Assembly: GCA_964458605.1 (NCBI GenBank)
Contig: CAYWLS010000005.1
Span: 81,244-145,243 of the forward strand
Length of the DNA: 64,000 bases
DNA from: an uncultured Hyphomicrobiales bacterium
Lineage (GTDB): Bacteria; Pseudomonadota; Alphaproteobacteria; Reyranellales; JAQSWP01
Direction of reading: 5' to 3'
Made by a program: the position numbers and the translations under genes. The notes beneath the pieces were generated by a model that saw nothing but the letters and a program-made list of their open reading frames with translations, made no database searches and was not told where the DNA came from. Below are positions 1 to 10,039 of the stretch, one piece after another (position 1 is the first letter of the stretch; each line of letters begins with the position of its first letter).

Positions 1-1
1 G

Positions 2-760
2 AGTCTCGAGGGCCGCGTGGTCATGGTGACCGGCGCCGGCCAGGGCATCGGCCGGGCCATCGCCGAGCTGGCGGCCGGGCTGGGCGCCAGGCTGGTGCTG
101 GTCGACGTCAAGCAGCAGGGCATCGGCGCGCTGGCCGAGCAGCTCGGCCCCCAGAAAGCGCGCGCCTTTGCCGGCTCGGTGGCCGATGCCGGCTTCGTGC
201 AGGAGGTGGTGCAAAGCGCGGTCGAGGATTTCGGCGCCATCCACGGCCTGGTCAACAATGCCGGCATCGTGCGCGCGGCGATGATCGACCGGATGCCGGT
301 GGCGACCTGGCAGGCGGTGATCGACGTCAACCTGACCGGGGTGTTCCTGTGCCTGCAGGCAGTGGGTCGGCACATGCTGGAACGCGCCAAGGGTGGAAAC
401 AAGGAACCTGGGCGTATCGTCAACATCTCCTCCGACGCCGGGCGGCGCGGCACGGTGGGCCAGATCAATTACGGCGCCGCCAAGTCGGGCGTGCTGGGCA
501 TCACCATGAGCGCGGCGCGCGAATGGGCGCAGTCCGGCATCAACGTCAACAGCGTCTGCTTCGGCGTGGTCGAGACGCCGATGACCGAGACCATCCGCGG
601 CGAGAAGTTCCGCGACCGCTACATGGCGCAGATCCCGATGGGCCGCTTCTCTACGCCCGAGGAGGTGGCGCAGCCGGTCTGCTTCCTGCTGTCCGATGCC
701 GCCTCCTACATCACCGGGCAGCACCTGTCGGTCAACGGCGGCTACCAGATCGGCATGTAA
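2..760 (+). CDS. short-chain dehydrogenase/reductase (FabG-like), 5' end outside window
   Basis: Frame of ORF 17..760 stays open to the window edge. Shows TGAGQGIG Rossmann motif, NNAG, and YGAAK catalytic motif. Confidence 0.9.
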   Translation, partial: SLEGRVVMVTGAGQGIGRAIAELAAGLGARLVLVDVKQQGIGALAEQLGPQKARAFAGSVADAGFVQEVVQSAVEDFGAIHGLVNNAGIVRAAMIDRMPVATWQAVIDVNLTGVFLCLQAVGRHMLERAKGGNKEPGRIVNISSDAGRRGTVGQINYGAAKSGVLGITMSAAREWAQSGINVNSVCFGVVETPMTETIRGEKFRDRYMAQIPMGRFSTPEEVAQPVCFLLSDAASYITGQHLSVNGGYQIGM

Positions 761-782
761 CGGAAGCGAAGGAGAGCGCGAG

Positions 783-1583
783 ATGGGTCAGGTTCAGGGC
801 AAGGTGGCGCTGGTCACCGGCGGCGCGTCGGGCATCGGCGCCGGCTGCGCGCGCAAGCTGGCGCAGGAAGGCGCCCGGGTGATGGTGACCGATATCGACG
901 CGGCGTTGGGCCAGGAGGTGGTGGCCGGCATCATCCGCGCCGGCGGCAGCGCCGCCTTCCTCAGGCACGATGTCACGCAGGAAGACCAGTGGCAGAAGGT
1001 GATCGCCGACGTTGTGGCGCGCTGGAGCAAGCTCGACATCCTGGTCAACAATGCCGGCGTCGGCATGGGCGGGCCGATCACCGAGATGAGCCTGGAGGAT
1101 TGGCGCCGGCAGACCGCGATCAATCTCGACGGCGTGTTCCTGGGCACCAAGCACGCCGCACGCGCGATGCGCGAGAGCAAGGACTATTGCGCGATCGTCA
1201 ACATGTCGTCGGTGGCCGGCTTCAACGGCGCGCCCATGCTGGCCGGCTACTGCGCCACCAAGGGCGGGGTGCGGCTGTTCACCAAGGCCTGCGCGCTGGA
1301 ATTCGCCCAGCTCGGCTACAGGATCCGCGTCAACTCGGTTCATCCGGGCATCATCGACACGCCGATCTGGACCAAGATCCCGGCGGGCGGCGCGCAGCTC
1401 GATCCCAACGCGCCGCGGCCGAACGCCATGGATCCCAACGCGCTGGCCGCCATGGCTACTCCCATAAAGCGCGCCGGCACGCCGGAGGACATCGCCAACG
1501 GCGTGCTCTACCTGGCGTCGGACGCGGCCAGCTACGTCACCGGCACCGAGCTGATCATCGACGGCGGCATGGTAGCGCGCTGA
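783..1583 (+). CDS. short-chain dehydrogenase/reductase
   Basis: ATG at 783 inside ORF 696..1583, with GAAGGAG about 8 nt upstream. Shows TGGASGIG, NNAG and YCATK motifs. Confidence 0.9.
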   Translation: MGQVQGKVALVTGGASGIGAGCARKLAQEGARVMVTDIDAALGQEVVAGIIRAGGSAAFLRHDVTQEDQWQKVIADVVARWSKLDILVNNAGVGMGGPITEMSLEDWRRQTAINLDGVFLGTKHAARAMRESKDYCAIVNMSSVAGFNGAPMLAGYCATKGGVRLFTKACALEFAQLGYRIRVNSVHPGIIDTPIWTKIPAGGAQLDPNAPRPNAMDPNALAAMATPIKRAGTPEDIANGVLYLASDAASYVTGTELIIDGGMVAR

Positions 1584-1600
1584 GGGACGCGCCAAGCCGC

Positions 1601-2224
1601 TCAGCGGCGCAGCGCGGCGACATAGGCCTGGGCGATGGCGGCCGGGCTGTCGCCGCCGGGCCGATACCACACCGGCGTGGCATTGAGCGCCCCCAGTAGC
1701 ATCAGCCGCAGCAAGCGCCGGTCGCCGCTCCCGGGCAGGGGAAGCGCATCCACCAGGCCGGCGAACAGCTTTTCGTATTCGTCGCGCTGCGCCACCAGCC
1801 GGCGGCGCAGCGAGGGCGAGACGCGGCTGAATTCCTGGCGCACCACGGCGGCGAAATCGTCGGCGCCCAGCAGGCACTGCAATTGCGCCACGCAGGCCGC
1901 TTCCAGCCGGTGCCAGGGATCGTCCAGGCCGTCGATCGCCGCCGTCGCCGCCTCGATCACCCGGCGCACGCCCAGCCCATGGGTGGCCGCCACCAGCTCC
2001 TCCTTGGAGCGGAAATGGTAGTACATCGAGCCGGCCAGCATGCCGGCGGCGCCGGCGATGTCGCGCATCGAGGTGGCTTCGTAGCCGTGCCTGGCGAACA
2101 GCCGGGCCGCCACGCGCAGCAGCCGGTCGCGCCGGTTGTCGGCGTGGCGGATCGGCGCCGCCGATTTGCGCGGGGCGGACCGCCGGGTCTTGCGCTGCGC
2201 CAAGCAACCTCCGTCATTGGCCAA
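1601..2224 (-). CDS. TetR/AcrR family transcriptional regulator
   Basis: N-terminal HTH (RDRLLRVAARLFARHGYEATSMRDIAGAAG). Divergent from the P450 gene. Confidence 0.9.
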   Translation of the reverse strand: MANDGGCLAQRKTRRSAPRKSAAPIRHADNRRDRLLRVAARLFARHGYEATSMRDIAGAAGMLAGSMYYHFRSKEELVAATHGLGVRRVIEAATAAIDGLDDPWHRLEAACVAQLQCLLGADDFAAVVRQEFSRVSPSLRRRLVAQRDEYEKLFAGLVDALPLPGSGDRRLLRLMLLGALNATPVWYRPGGDSPAAIAQAYVAALRR

Positions 2225-2285
2225 ACGATTGTTTGGTAAACGGCCGTGTGGTAGAAATGGCCGTGGCCCATGATGGAGCGGTCCG

Positions 2286-3530
2286 ATGGCGCTTGTCGAG
2301 CCGGCAGCTTACGTATTCGATCTGTCAAACCCGCGCACCAACGCCGATCCCTTCCCGGAATTCGCCCGGTTGCGTGCCGAGGATCCGGTGCACTACTCGC
2401 CGCGCATGAAGGCCTGGATCGTCACGCGCTACGACGACGTCAAGAAGGTGGCGCTCGACAATGCCGGCATCTCCGCCGACCGGCTGACGCCGTTCTTCAA
2501 GGCCAATCCCGAGTTTCAGCGCAACACGGTGTCGGACCTGATGCGCTACATGAACCACTGGATGGTGTTCCGCGATCCGCCCGACCACACCCGCCTGCGC
2601 CGGTTGTTCACCAAGGCCTTCACGCCGACCGCGGTGGCGAACCTGCGGCCCAATATCGTCGAGATCGTCGACCGCCTGATCGTCGGCATGGAGGCCAAGG
2701 CCAAACGCGGCGAGACCGTCGACTACATCGCCGATTTCGCCTATCCGCTGCCCGCCACGGTGATCATGGACCTGCTGGGCGTGCCGCGCGGCGATCTCGA
2801 CCGCGTCAAGGTGTGGTCCGACGACATCGCGCTGTTCATCGGCACCGCGCAGGCGGCCGAGAACAAATACGCCCGCGCCGAACGCGGCGCGACTTTGATG
2901 TCCGGCTATTTCCGCGAACTGGTCGAGCAGCGCAAGGCGGCGCCGACCGGCGACATGATCAGCCAGCTTATCGCCGCGCGCGACGAGAAGGAAATCCTGA
3001 CCACCGACGAGATCATCGGCACCTGCATCCTGCTGCTGTTCGCCGGCCACGAGACCACCACCAACCTGATCGGCAACGGCTTCTACTACTCGATGAAGTT
3101 CCGCGACCAGTGGGAGCGGCTGCTGGCCGAGCGCAGCCTGGCGGGGCGCGCGGTCGAGGAATGGCTGCGCTACGACGGCCCGTCCGGCGCGCTGGCGCGG
3201 GTCGCCGCGCGCGACGTCGAGCTGGGCGGCCGCACCATCCGGGCCGGGCAGCGCGTGTTCGCCTTCGTCAATTCGGCCAATCGCGATCCCGATCAATTCG
3301 CCGACGCCGAGAGCTTCGACGTCGGGCGCAAGGAAAATCCGCACCTGACCTTCGGCCACGGCATCCATTTCTGCCTGGGAGCGCCGCTCGCCCGGCTCGA
3401 GGCCCAGATCGCCATCGACATGCTGGCCGAGCGCCTGCCGCGCATCGCGCTCGACACCGCGCAGATCGACTGGAGCGATTCGCTGATCCTGCGCGGCATC
3501 AGGAAGTTGCCGGTGCGGCTGAACGGTTGA
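2286..3530 (+). CDS. cytochrome P450
   Basis: Heme-thiolate loop FGHGIHFCLGAPLA, I-helix AGHETT, ExxR (EEWLRY). Confidence 0.95.
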   Translation: MALVEPAAYVFDLSNPRTNADPFPEFARLRAEDPVHYSPRMKAWIVTRYDDVKKVALDNAGISADRLTPFFKANPEFQRNTVSDLMRYMNHWMVFRDPPDHTRLRRLFTKAFTPTAVANLRPNIVEIVDRLIVGMEAKAKRGETVDYIADFAYPLPATVIMDLLGVPRGDLDRVKVWSDDIALFIGTAQAAENKYARAERGATLMSGYFRELVEQRKAAPTGDMISQLIAARDEKEILTTDEIIGTCILLLFAGHETTTNLIGNGFYYSMKFRDQWERLLAERSLAGRAVEEWLRYDGPSGALARVAARDVELGGRTIRAGQRVFAFVNSANRDPDQFADAESFDVGRKENPHLTFGHGIHFCLGAPLARLEAQIAIDMLAERLPRIALDTAQIDWSDSLILRGIRKLPVRLNG

Positions 3531-3540
3531 GGAGGACGAC

Positions 3541-4728
3541 GTGAACCACGAGATCATCCTGGCGGGCGGCGCCCGCACCGCTTTCGGCGATTTCGGCGGA
3601 TCGCTGAAGGACGTCAGGCTCACCGACATGGCGGCGCATGTCGCCAAGGCCTCGATGCAGCGGGCCGGAATAGCGCCGCAGGACATCGACCACATCGTGT
3701 TCGGCGGCACGATGTTCCCGGACAAGGACACGATGTTCAACGCGCGGGTGATCGGCATCAAGGCCGGCCTGCCCGAGGAGGCCAGCGCGCTGGCGGTGAT
3801 CCGCGCCTGCGGCACCGGTCTGCAGGCGCTGGTTTCGGCCGGCCAGCAGATCCAGACCGGCCATTCGCAGATCGCCGTGGCCGGCGGTGCGGAAAGCTAC
3901 AGCCGGGTGCCGTATGTCGTGACCAGCGCGCGCTGGGGCAAGAAGCGCGGCCCGCAGGTGCTGGAGGACCAGCTCGACTGGGCCTATCGCTGTCCCTTTA
4001 CCGACGAGTTCATGGGCGAGACGGCCGAGAACCTGGCTGAGGACTATCAGTACGAGCGCGAGGCAATGGACGATTGGGGCCATATGAGCCAGCAACGCGC
4101 CGGCCGTGGCATCGACTCCGGATTCCTGGCCAGGCAGATCGTCCCGATCGACGTGCCCGACGGCAAACGAACCCGCAGCTTCGCGGTCGACGAGTTTCCC
4201 CGTCCCGGCATCGGTCGCGACAAGTTGCGCAGCCTCAAGCCGGCGTTCAAGGCCGGCGGCAAGGTCACCGCCGGCAACTCCTCGGGCGTGACCGACGGGG
4301 CGGCCTTCCTGGTGGTGGCAGACCGCGCCGCCGCCGAGAGCAAGGGCGTGCGGCCCGAAGCGCGGATCGTCGACTGGGCGACGATCGGCGTACCGCCGCG
4401 CATCATGGGGGTGGGGCCCGTGCCCGCCATCGCCAGATTGCTCGAGCGCAACGGCCTCAAGATATCCGATATCGACTACTACGAGATCAACGAGGCCTTC
4501 GCGGTGGTCAATTTACATGCCGAGAGGCAGCTCGGCATCCCGCGCGACATCACCAATCTCTATGGCGGCGGCATATCGATCGGCCATCCGCCCGGCGCGA
4601 CCGGCGTGCGCATGACCATCACCGCCATGCACCATCTGGCCGAGACTGGTGGCAAGTACGCCGCGGTCAGCATGTGCCTGGGCGCCGGCCAGGGCATGGC
4701 GATGCTGATCGAGAACCTGGCACGCTAG
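3541..4728 (+). CDS. thiolase (acetyl-CoA C-acyltransferase family)
   Basis: GTG start 10 nt after the P450 stop. Shows motifs RACGTGLQA, NSSGVTDGAA, GGGISIGHPPGATG, CLGAGQG. Confidence 0.9.
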   Translation: MNHEIILAGGARTAFGDFGGSLKDVRLTDMAAHVAKASMQRAGIAPQDIDHIVFGGTMFPDKDTMFNARVIGIKAGLPEEASALAVIRACGTGLQALVSAGQQIQTGHSQIAVAGGAESYSRVPYVVTSARWGKKRGPQVLEDQLDWAYRCPFTDEFMGETAENLAEDYQYEREAMDDWGHMSQQRAGRGIDSGFLARQIVPIDVPDGKRTRSFAVDEFPRPGIGRDKLRSLKPAFKAGGKVTAGNSSGVTDGAAFLVVADRAAAESKGVRPEARIVDWATIGVPPRIMGVGPVPAIARLLERNGLKISDIDYYEINEAFAVVNLHAERQLGIPRDITNLYGGGISIGHPPGATGVRMTITAMHHLAETGGKYAAVSMCLGAGQGMAMLIENLAR

Positions 4729-4800
4729 GCGCCGCCGGCAGGACTGCCCGTCGCTTTCGCCGCGGCCGGGCGCCGCGCGGCCGCGTAAGCTCCGCGCGCC

Positions 4801-5664
4801 ATGAGCTTGCGCGACATGATGCTGGCCTGCCTGGTCTCGGCGATCTGGGGCCTGGCTTTCGTCTTCACCGCCTTCGGGCTGGAGAGCTTCTCCGCGCCGC
4901 AGCTCACCGTGCTGCGCTTCGCCATCGCCGCGCTGCCGGCGCTGGTACTGCCGCGACCGGCCATCGGCTGGCGGCTGCTGATCGGCACCGGCCTGTTCCT
5001 GTTCGCCGGCCAGTTCCTGCTGCTGTTCTTCGCCTATCGCGCCGGCCTGCCGCCCGGCCTGGCCTCGATCGCGGTGCAGATGCATGTGTTCTTCACGGTG
5101 GCGCTGGCAGCGGCGCTGCTGGGCGAGCGGCCGAGCCGCGCGCAGCTCTGCGGCATGGCGATCGCCCTGCTCGGCCTGGTGCTGATCGGCGCGACGATCG
5201 GCGGCGACCTGCCGCCGCTGGCGCTGATCCTGGTGCTGGCCGGCGCGCTGAGCTGGGCCATCGGCAATCTGCTGGTCAAGCGCATCGCCCATACGCCCGT
5301 GCTGCCGCTGATGGCCTGGCTCAGCCTGGTGCCGCCGCTGCCGGCGCTGGCGCTGTCGCTGGCGATCGACGACACGCCGATCTGGAGCGCGCTGGGCCAT
5401 GCCGCGCCGCTGTCGCTGCTGGGCGCGCTCTACCTGGGCGTCGTCGCCACGATCGGCGGTTACGGGCTGTGGAGCTTCCTGCTGGCCCGCTACAGCGCCG
5501 CCACCGTGGCGCCGTTCGCGCTGCTGTCGCCGCTGACCGGCGTGATCGCCGCCGCCATCGTGTTCGGCGAACGCTTCCCGCCACTACGCTATGCCGGCAT
5601 GGCGCTGATCCTGTTAGGCTTGGCGGCGGTGCTGGTGCCGGCGTGCGGATCGCGCCGGCCTTAA
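4801..5664 (+). CDS. EamA/DMT family transporter
   Basis: About 10 hydrophobic helices and two EamA-like halves. Typical length of 287 aa. Confidence 0.85.
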   Translation: MSLRDMMLACLVSAIWGLAFVFTAFGLESFSAPQLTVLRFAIAALPALVLPRPAIGWRLLIGTGLFLFAGQFLLLFFAYRAGLPPGLASIAVQMHVFFTVALAAALLGERPSRAQLCGMAIALLGLVLIGATIGGDLPPLALILVLAGALSWAIGNLLVKRIAHTPVLPLMAWLSLVPPLPALALSLAIDDTPIWSALGHAAPLSLLGALYLGVVATIGGYGLWSFLLARYSAATVAPFALLSPLTGVIAAAIVFGERFPPLRYAGMALILLGLAAVLVPACGSRRP

Positions 5665-5684
5665 GGAAAGAGAAAGGGAGAGAC

Positions 5685-6689
5685 ATGCGCGCTGTGGTCT
5701 GCCGCCGCTGGGGCGGCCCGGAAGATCTGACGATCGAGGACATGGCCGACGCGGCGCTGCAGCCCGATGAAATCCGCATCGCCAACAAGGCCGGCGGCAT
5801 CTCCTTCGGCTCCTCGCTGCTGATCGCCGGCAAGTACCAGCGCCGCCCCGCCTTCCCGTTCTCGCCCGGCACCGAATGCGCCGGCGACGTGATCGAAATC
5901 GGCAGCGCCGTGACCCGCTTCAAGCCGGGCGACAAGGTGGTGGCCTCGCTCGACTGGGGCGGGCTGTCGGAACGGCCGGTGGCGCGCGAAGCCAATACCT
6001 TTGCCCTGCCGCGCGGCATGGACTACGCCCCGGCGATCTCCCTGCCCCTGACCTACGCCACCTCGGCGGCGGCGCTGACCTGGCCGCACCTGCTGAACGT
6101 CAAGCAAGGCGACTGGCTGCTGGTGCATGGCGCGGGCGGCGGCGTCGGCCTGGCGGCCTGCGAGATCGGACGCATCCTGGGCGCCAATGTGATCGCCACC
6201 GCCTCGAGCGAGGAGAAGCGCGCCCAGGCCAGGGCGCATGGCGCGCAGCACATCGTCGACTACACCAAACAGGACTTCCGCGAGGTCGTGCTGGACCTCA
6301 CCGATGGCCGCGGCGTGCAGGCGATCTACGACCCGGTGGGCGGCGACGTGTTCGACCAGTCGCTGCGCTGCCTGGCGCCGGAGGGACGCATCTGCCCGGT
6401 GGGCTTTGCCTCGGGCCGCATCCCCTCGGCGCCGGCCAATATCCTGCTGGTCAAGAACGCCTCGGTGGTCGGGCTGAACTGGGGCTACTATATCGGCTGG
6501 AGCCCGCACGATGCGCGCATCGAGTGCTTTCCGCGCGTCAAGGCGCTGATGGACCGGCTGCAAGGCTGGGCCGAGGCCGGCCTGATCAGGCCGGCCGTTT
6601 TCGCGACCTACCGGCTGGAGCAGTATGTCGAGGCGTTCCGCAGCGTGATCGACCGCAAGGCGTTCGGCCGCGTCGCCGTCGTGCCGTAA
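5685..6689 (+). CDS. NADPH:quinone oxidoreductase / MDR-family zinc-type alcohol dehydrogenase-like protein
   Basis: ATG 5685 lies in frame within the artefactual 871-aa ORF 4074..6689, with AGGGAGAG upstream. Shows GAGGGVGLAA nucleotide-binding motif. Confidence 0.88.
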   Translation: MRAVVCRRWGGPEDLTIEDMADAALQPDEIRIANKAGGISFGSSLLIAGKYQRRPAFPFSPGTECAGDVIEIGSAVTRFKPGDKVVASLDWGGLSERPVAREANTFALPRGMDYAPAISLPLTYATSAAALTWPHLLNVKQGDWLLVHGAGGGVGLAACEIGRILGANVIATASSEEKRAQARAHGAQHIVDYTKQDFREVVLDLTDGRGVQAIYDPVGGDVFDQSLRCLAPEGRICPVGFASGRIPSAPANILLVKNASVVGLNWGYYIGWSPHDARIECFPRVKALMDRLQGWAEAGLIRPAVFATYRLEQYVEAFRSVIDRKAFGRVAVVP

Positions 6690-6695
6690 GGCGGT

Positions 6696-7616
6696 TCAGC
6701 TTCCGCTGGGCGGCGGCAGGCGACTGCCGCGCCCCAGGCACTTGAAGAAGCGCGCGAAGCCGGCCAGCACCGCCACTGCACCGATGATGAAGATCTTCTT
6801 GGCCGCCAGGATGAAGCCGATGATGACGGCGAAGAAGCCCACCTTCTTCAACGCCACGCCGGCGATCAGCGCGGCGATGCCGTATTCCGCCAGCTTGTCG
6901 TTGCCCGGTTCGTACTGGTCGTAACGGTTGCCGTCGGTGAAATTGACCTCGGCCAACACGCTGGGAATGGCGTTTTCGACCTGCTTGAGGCTTTCCATCG
7001 GCGCCACGAAGTTCAGCACCAGCACGCCGCGGCGGCCCAGCATGCGGACGTTGTAGTTGAGACTGTCGCCGCCGACCGACCTCAGATGCTTGGCCCAGTG
7101 CAGCTTGTGCGCCGCCTTGTCGTAATACGGCGGACGGGCCCAGCCGACCAGTTCGAGTCCCTCGAAGCCTTCCTTGCGACGCTCCTCGTTCTGGTCGCGC
7201 ACCGATTGCTGCATGCTTTTCAGCAGGTCGGCATAGTCGATCTTCTCGGCGTCGTCGTCGGCGACGTGGCCGTCCTCGGTATAGAACATGATGATCGCCC
7301 AGTCGCTGTCCGACAGGGCGTCGAAGCCTTGCGGCACCAGCGCGCCGAGATTGCCCTGGGCCACGTTGGGCGGATTGCCCCAGATATCGACCAGCAGCTT
7401 GCGCGTATCCTCCGGGGAGAGATAGGCCAGCCGACGGGCCTCGAAACGGGCCACGCCGTCGGCCAGGCTGACGCTGCCGGTTTGCGGTTTCAGCTCGGCC
7501 GCAGCCCGCCGGATCGCCGCCACGCGATCCGCCTGCGACGGCGCCTGCTGCGCCCAAGCCGACGCAGCCACGGCAACCAGCAGCGCGGCTGCCCACGCCA
7601 GGAACAATCCCCGCAT
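6696..7616 (-). CDS. DUF2167-like membrane-anchored protein
   Basis: Signal peptide (LLVAVAASAWA), soluble domain, then two C-terminal TM helices. The DUF2167/COG4714 assignment is from memory of that family. Confidence 0.6.
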   Translation of the reverse strand: MRGLFLAWAAALLVAVAASAWAQQAPSQADRVAAIRRAAAELKPQTGSVSLADGVARFEARRLAYLSPEDTRKLLVDIWGNPPNVAQGNLGALVPQGFDALSDSDWAIIMFYTEDGHVADDDAEKIDYADLLKSMQQSVRDQNEERRKEGFEGLELVGWARPPYYDKAAHKLHWAKHLRSVGGDSLNYNVRMLGRRGVLVLNFVAPMESLKQVENAIPSVLAEVNFTDGNRYDQYEPGNDKLAEYGIAALIAGVALKKVGFFAVIIGFILAAKKIFIIGAVAVLAGFARFFKCLGRGSRLPPPSGS

Positions 7617-7958
7617 CGCATCCCCCCGGACCCGCAGGTTGTACTAACGGTCCGAAGATAACCGCAATGGTTGCCGCCAGCAACGCGGTCGGACCGGCGG
7701 CGGCCGGTTTATCCGCATGACGCGCGCTTATACATCGGCATGGGCAAGAACGATGGTTGCAAATGATAACGGAGAAGAATACGCCGTGCCGCCGGCCGTC
7801 GCGCATCGGTCCCGCATCAGCCTAAAGTATTAGGAAAGGCTCGTTAGCCATTGAATCGAAACGATTCCAGGTTACAAGAAGAGTGGTTGCATCATCGAAC
7901 GGCCGGCAGATTGGTGTATGGTAAAGGGGCGCTGCAGGCGCGCCAATGGGGGGAGAGG

Positions 7959-9146
7959 ATGACGGTTCAGCAGGTCGATCTGGCATCGGGTCCGAGCGTC
8001 GCGACGATCGTCGGCGGACCGATGCTCGCCAAGCCGCGCGGCAAATCGTACCTGTTCGGGCCGGTGCTCGACTTCCTCGGCCTGGGCGGCGGTTCGGTGC
8101 TGGCGCTGATCGCCATCCTGCTGATCAAGCCGCCGCAGCAATGGCATGCCGAGGCCGCGACCTGGGCGATGATCCTCGCCATCTTCATCAACAACCCGCA
8201 CTTCGCCTACTCCTACCAGATCTTCTACGGCAATTTCCGCGAGAAGGCTTTCGGCACGTCCTATTCGCCGCTGCTGCGCGCCCGCTACATCGTCGCCGGC
8301 ATCGTCGTGCCGATCGTGCTGGCCGCGTTCTTCTACGCCTGCATTCGCAGCGGCGACGATGTGCTGCTGGGCGTTGCCGGCAATGCGATGAGCTTCTTCG
8401 TCGGCTGGCACTACGTGAAGCAGGGCTACGGCATGGTGATCGTCGATTCGGTGATGAAGAAGCGCTTCTTCACCGCCTTCGAGAAGAAGATCCTGCTGAT
8501 CAACGCCTATGCCGTGTGGGCCGCCTCCTGGCTGTCGGTCAACGCCTCGATCCAGGACATCGAATTCTGGGGCCTGCACTACTATCAGTTCGCCGTGCCG
8601 GCGATCGTCGTCACCATCGGCACCTATTTCGCCTATGCCTGCGGCGCGCTGACCCTGGGCATGCTGGGGTTGAAGGCGATGCGCGGCGCGGCGCCGCCGA
8701 TCAACGGCACGCTCGCCTATCTGGTGTCGCTCTATCTGTGGCTGCTGTTCGTGCAGATCAATCCGTTCTTCCTGCTGATCACGCCTGCCTTCCATTCGCT
8801 GCAGTACACGGTCGTGGTGTGGCGCTATCGGCTGAACAAGGAAGAAGGACGGCGCAACGCGCTGGCGGCGGCCCGGCCGGAACTGTCGCGCGGCGCGCTG
8901 ATGCGCGGCTCGCTGCTGCGGCATGCCGGATTCCTGGTGCTGGGCCTGGCACTGGGCGGGCTGGGCTTCTGGATCGTGCCGTCGGCGCTCGATGCGCTGG
9001 TGCCCTACCAGAAGGACATCTTCGGCACCGCGCTGTTCCTGTTCATGTTCTGGATCTTCATCAACGTGCACCACTACTTCCTGGACAACGTGATGTGGCG
9101 CCGCGAGAACCCGGACACCGGCAAATACCTGTTCGGCAGGGCCTGA
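7959..9146 (+). CDS. polytopic membrane protein with conserved His motifs, unknown function
   Basis: Multiple TM helices. Shows motifs NNPHFAYSY, GWHYVKQGYG, FHSLQY, NVHHYFLDNVMWR. Start is uncertain (ATG 7959 preferred over TTG 7851). Confidence 0.65.
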   Translation: MTVQQVDLASGPSVATIVGGPMLAKPRGKSYLFGPVLDFLGLGGGSVLALIAILLIKPPQQWHAEAATWAMILAIFINNPHFAYSYQIFYGNFREKAFGTSYSPLLRARYIVAGIVVPIVLAAFFYACIRSGDDVLLGVAGNAMSFFVGWHYVKQGYGMVIVDSVMKKRFFTAFEKKILLINAYAVWAASWLSVNASIQDIEFWGLHYYQFAVPAIVVTIGTYFAYACGALTLGMLGLKAMRGAAPPINGTLAYLVSLYLWLLFVQINPFFLLITPAFHSLQYTVVVWRYRLNKEEGRRNALAAARPELSRGALMRGSLLRHAGFLVLGLALGGLGFWIVPSALDALVPYQKDIFGTALFLFMFWIFINVHHYFLDNVMWRRENPDTGKYLFGRA

Positions 9147-9155
9147 TCCGGCGCT

Positions 9156-9974
9156 TCAGCGGCCGGTGAAGCGGGCCGGCCGCTTCTCCAGGAACGAGGC
9201 GATGCCCTCGCGGAAATCCTCGCTCTTCATCAGCGGCAGAAGCTGCAGGAAGACGTGATGCACATGGGCGTCGAACGGCTCGCTCCAGCCCATGCGCATC
9301 ATGCGCTTGGCCGCCTGCACGGCGAGCGGCGCGTTGCCGGCGATCTCCAGCGCCAGGGCGCGCGCCTTGTCGGCGACGGCGGCGGCGTCGACCACATGCG
9401 ACGCCAGCCCCATCTCCAGGCATTGCTGCGCGTCCAGGGTGCGGCCGGTGAAGATCAGCTCGGCCGCCTTCGACCAGCCCAGTAGCCGCGGCAGGATCCA
9501 GGTGCCGCCCGATTCGGGCACCACGCCGCGCTTGACGAAGGCGGCGGCCAGCTTGGCGCCGCGCGCCATGACGCGGATGTCGCAGCCCAGCGCCAGGTCC
9601 ATGCCGTAGCCCGCGGCCGAGCCGTTGAGCGCGCCGATGGTCGGCTTGTCCATGGCGAACAGCACGGTGGGCGGCGTGTTGCGCAGGTCGAGATTGGTCG
9701 GGCCCGCGCCGCTGCCGACCGAGATCGAGTCGCTGCCCTTCTGCTGCGCCTCCAGATTGAGTCCGGCGCAGAAGGCGCGTTCGCCTGCCCCCGTCAGCAC
9801 CACCGCGCGCACCGCCTCGTCCTCGTTGGCTTCGGTCAGGCGCCTTGTCAGCGCGCCCAGCATCGGGCCGGAAATGGTGTTCATGCGCTGCGGCGCGTTG
9901 AGCGTGATCGTCGCCACGCCATCCGCCACGGCATAGAGCACTTCGGTCGTCGCGGTCGATTGGCTGTGATCCAT
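9156..9974 (-). CDS. enoyl-CoA hydratase/isomerase family protein
   Basis: Crotonase motif VLTGAGERAFCAGLNL. 272 aa. Confidence 0.92.
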   Translation of the reverse strand: MDHSQSTATTEVLYAVADGVATITLNAPQRMNTISGPMLGALTRRLTEANEDEAVRAVVLTGAGERAFCAGLNLEAQQKGSDSISVGSGAGPTNLDLRNTPPTVLFAMDKPTIGALNGSAAGYGMDLALGCDIRVMARGAKLAAAFVKRGVVPESGGTWILPRLLGWSKAAELIFTGRTLDAQQCLEMGLASHVVDAAAVADKARALALEIAGNAPLAVQAAKRMMRMGWSEPFDAHVHHVFLQLLPLMKSEDFREGIASFLEKRPARFTGR

Positions 9975-10039
9975 CGCTGCCTCCCCGGCGGTTTCCCGCT
10001 ATTGTTGTGGCGATCGCCGCAAGGAGCAACCGTCCCAGC

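Noticed and set aside
732-2207. 491-aa ORF on the minus strand overlapping the SDR and TetR genes. The same class includes 2325..3815(-), 4513..5400(-), 5661..6563(-) and 6586..7806(-).
   Set aside because: These are Arg/Ala/Gly/Pro-rich translations with no family motifs. They lie antisense or out of frame to genes with clear signatures. Such stop-free frames are expected in high-G+C DNA.
4074-5684. The upstream 537 codons of the 871-aa ORF 4074..6689.
   Set aside because: This part overlaps the thiolase 3' end and the whole EamA gene in another frame. Only the quinone oxidoreductase part, from ATG 5685, is credible.
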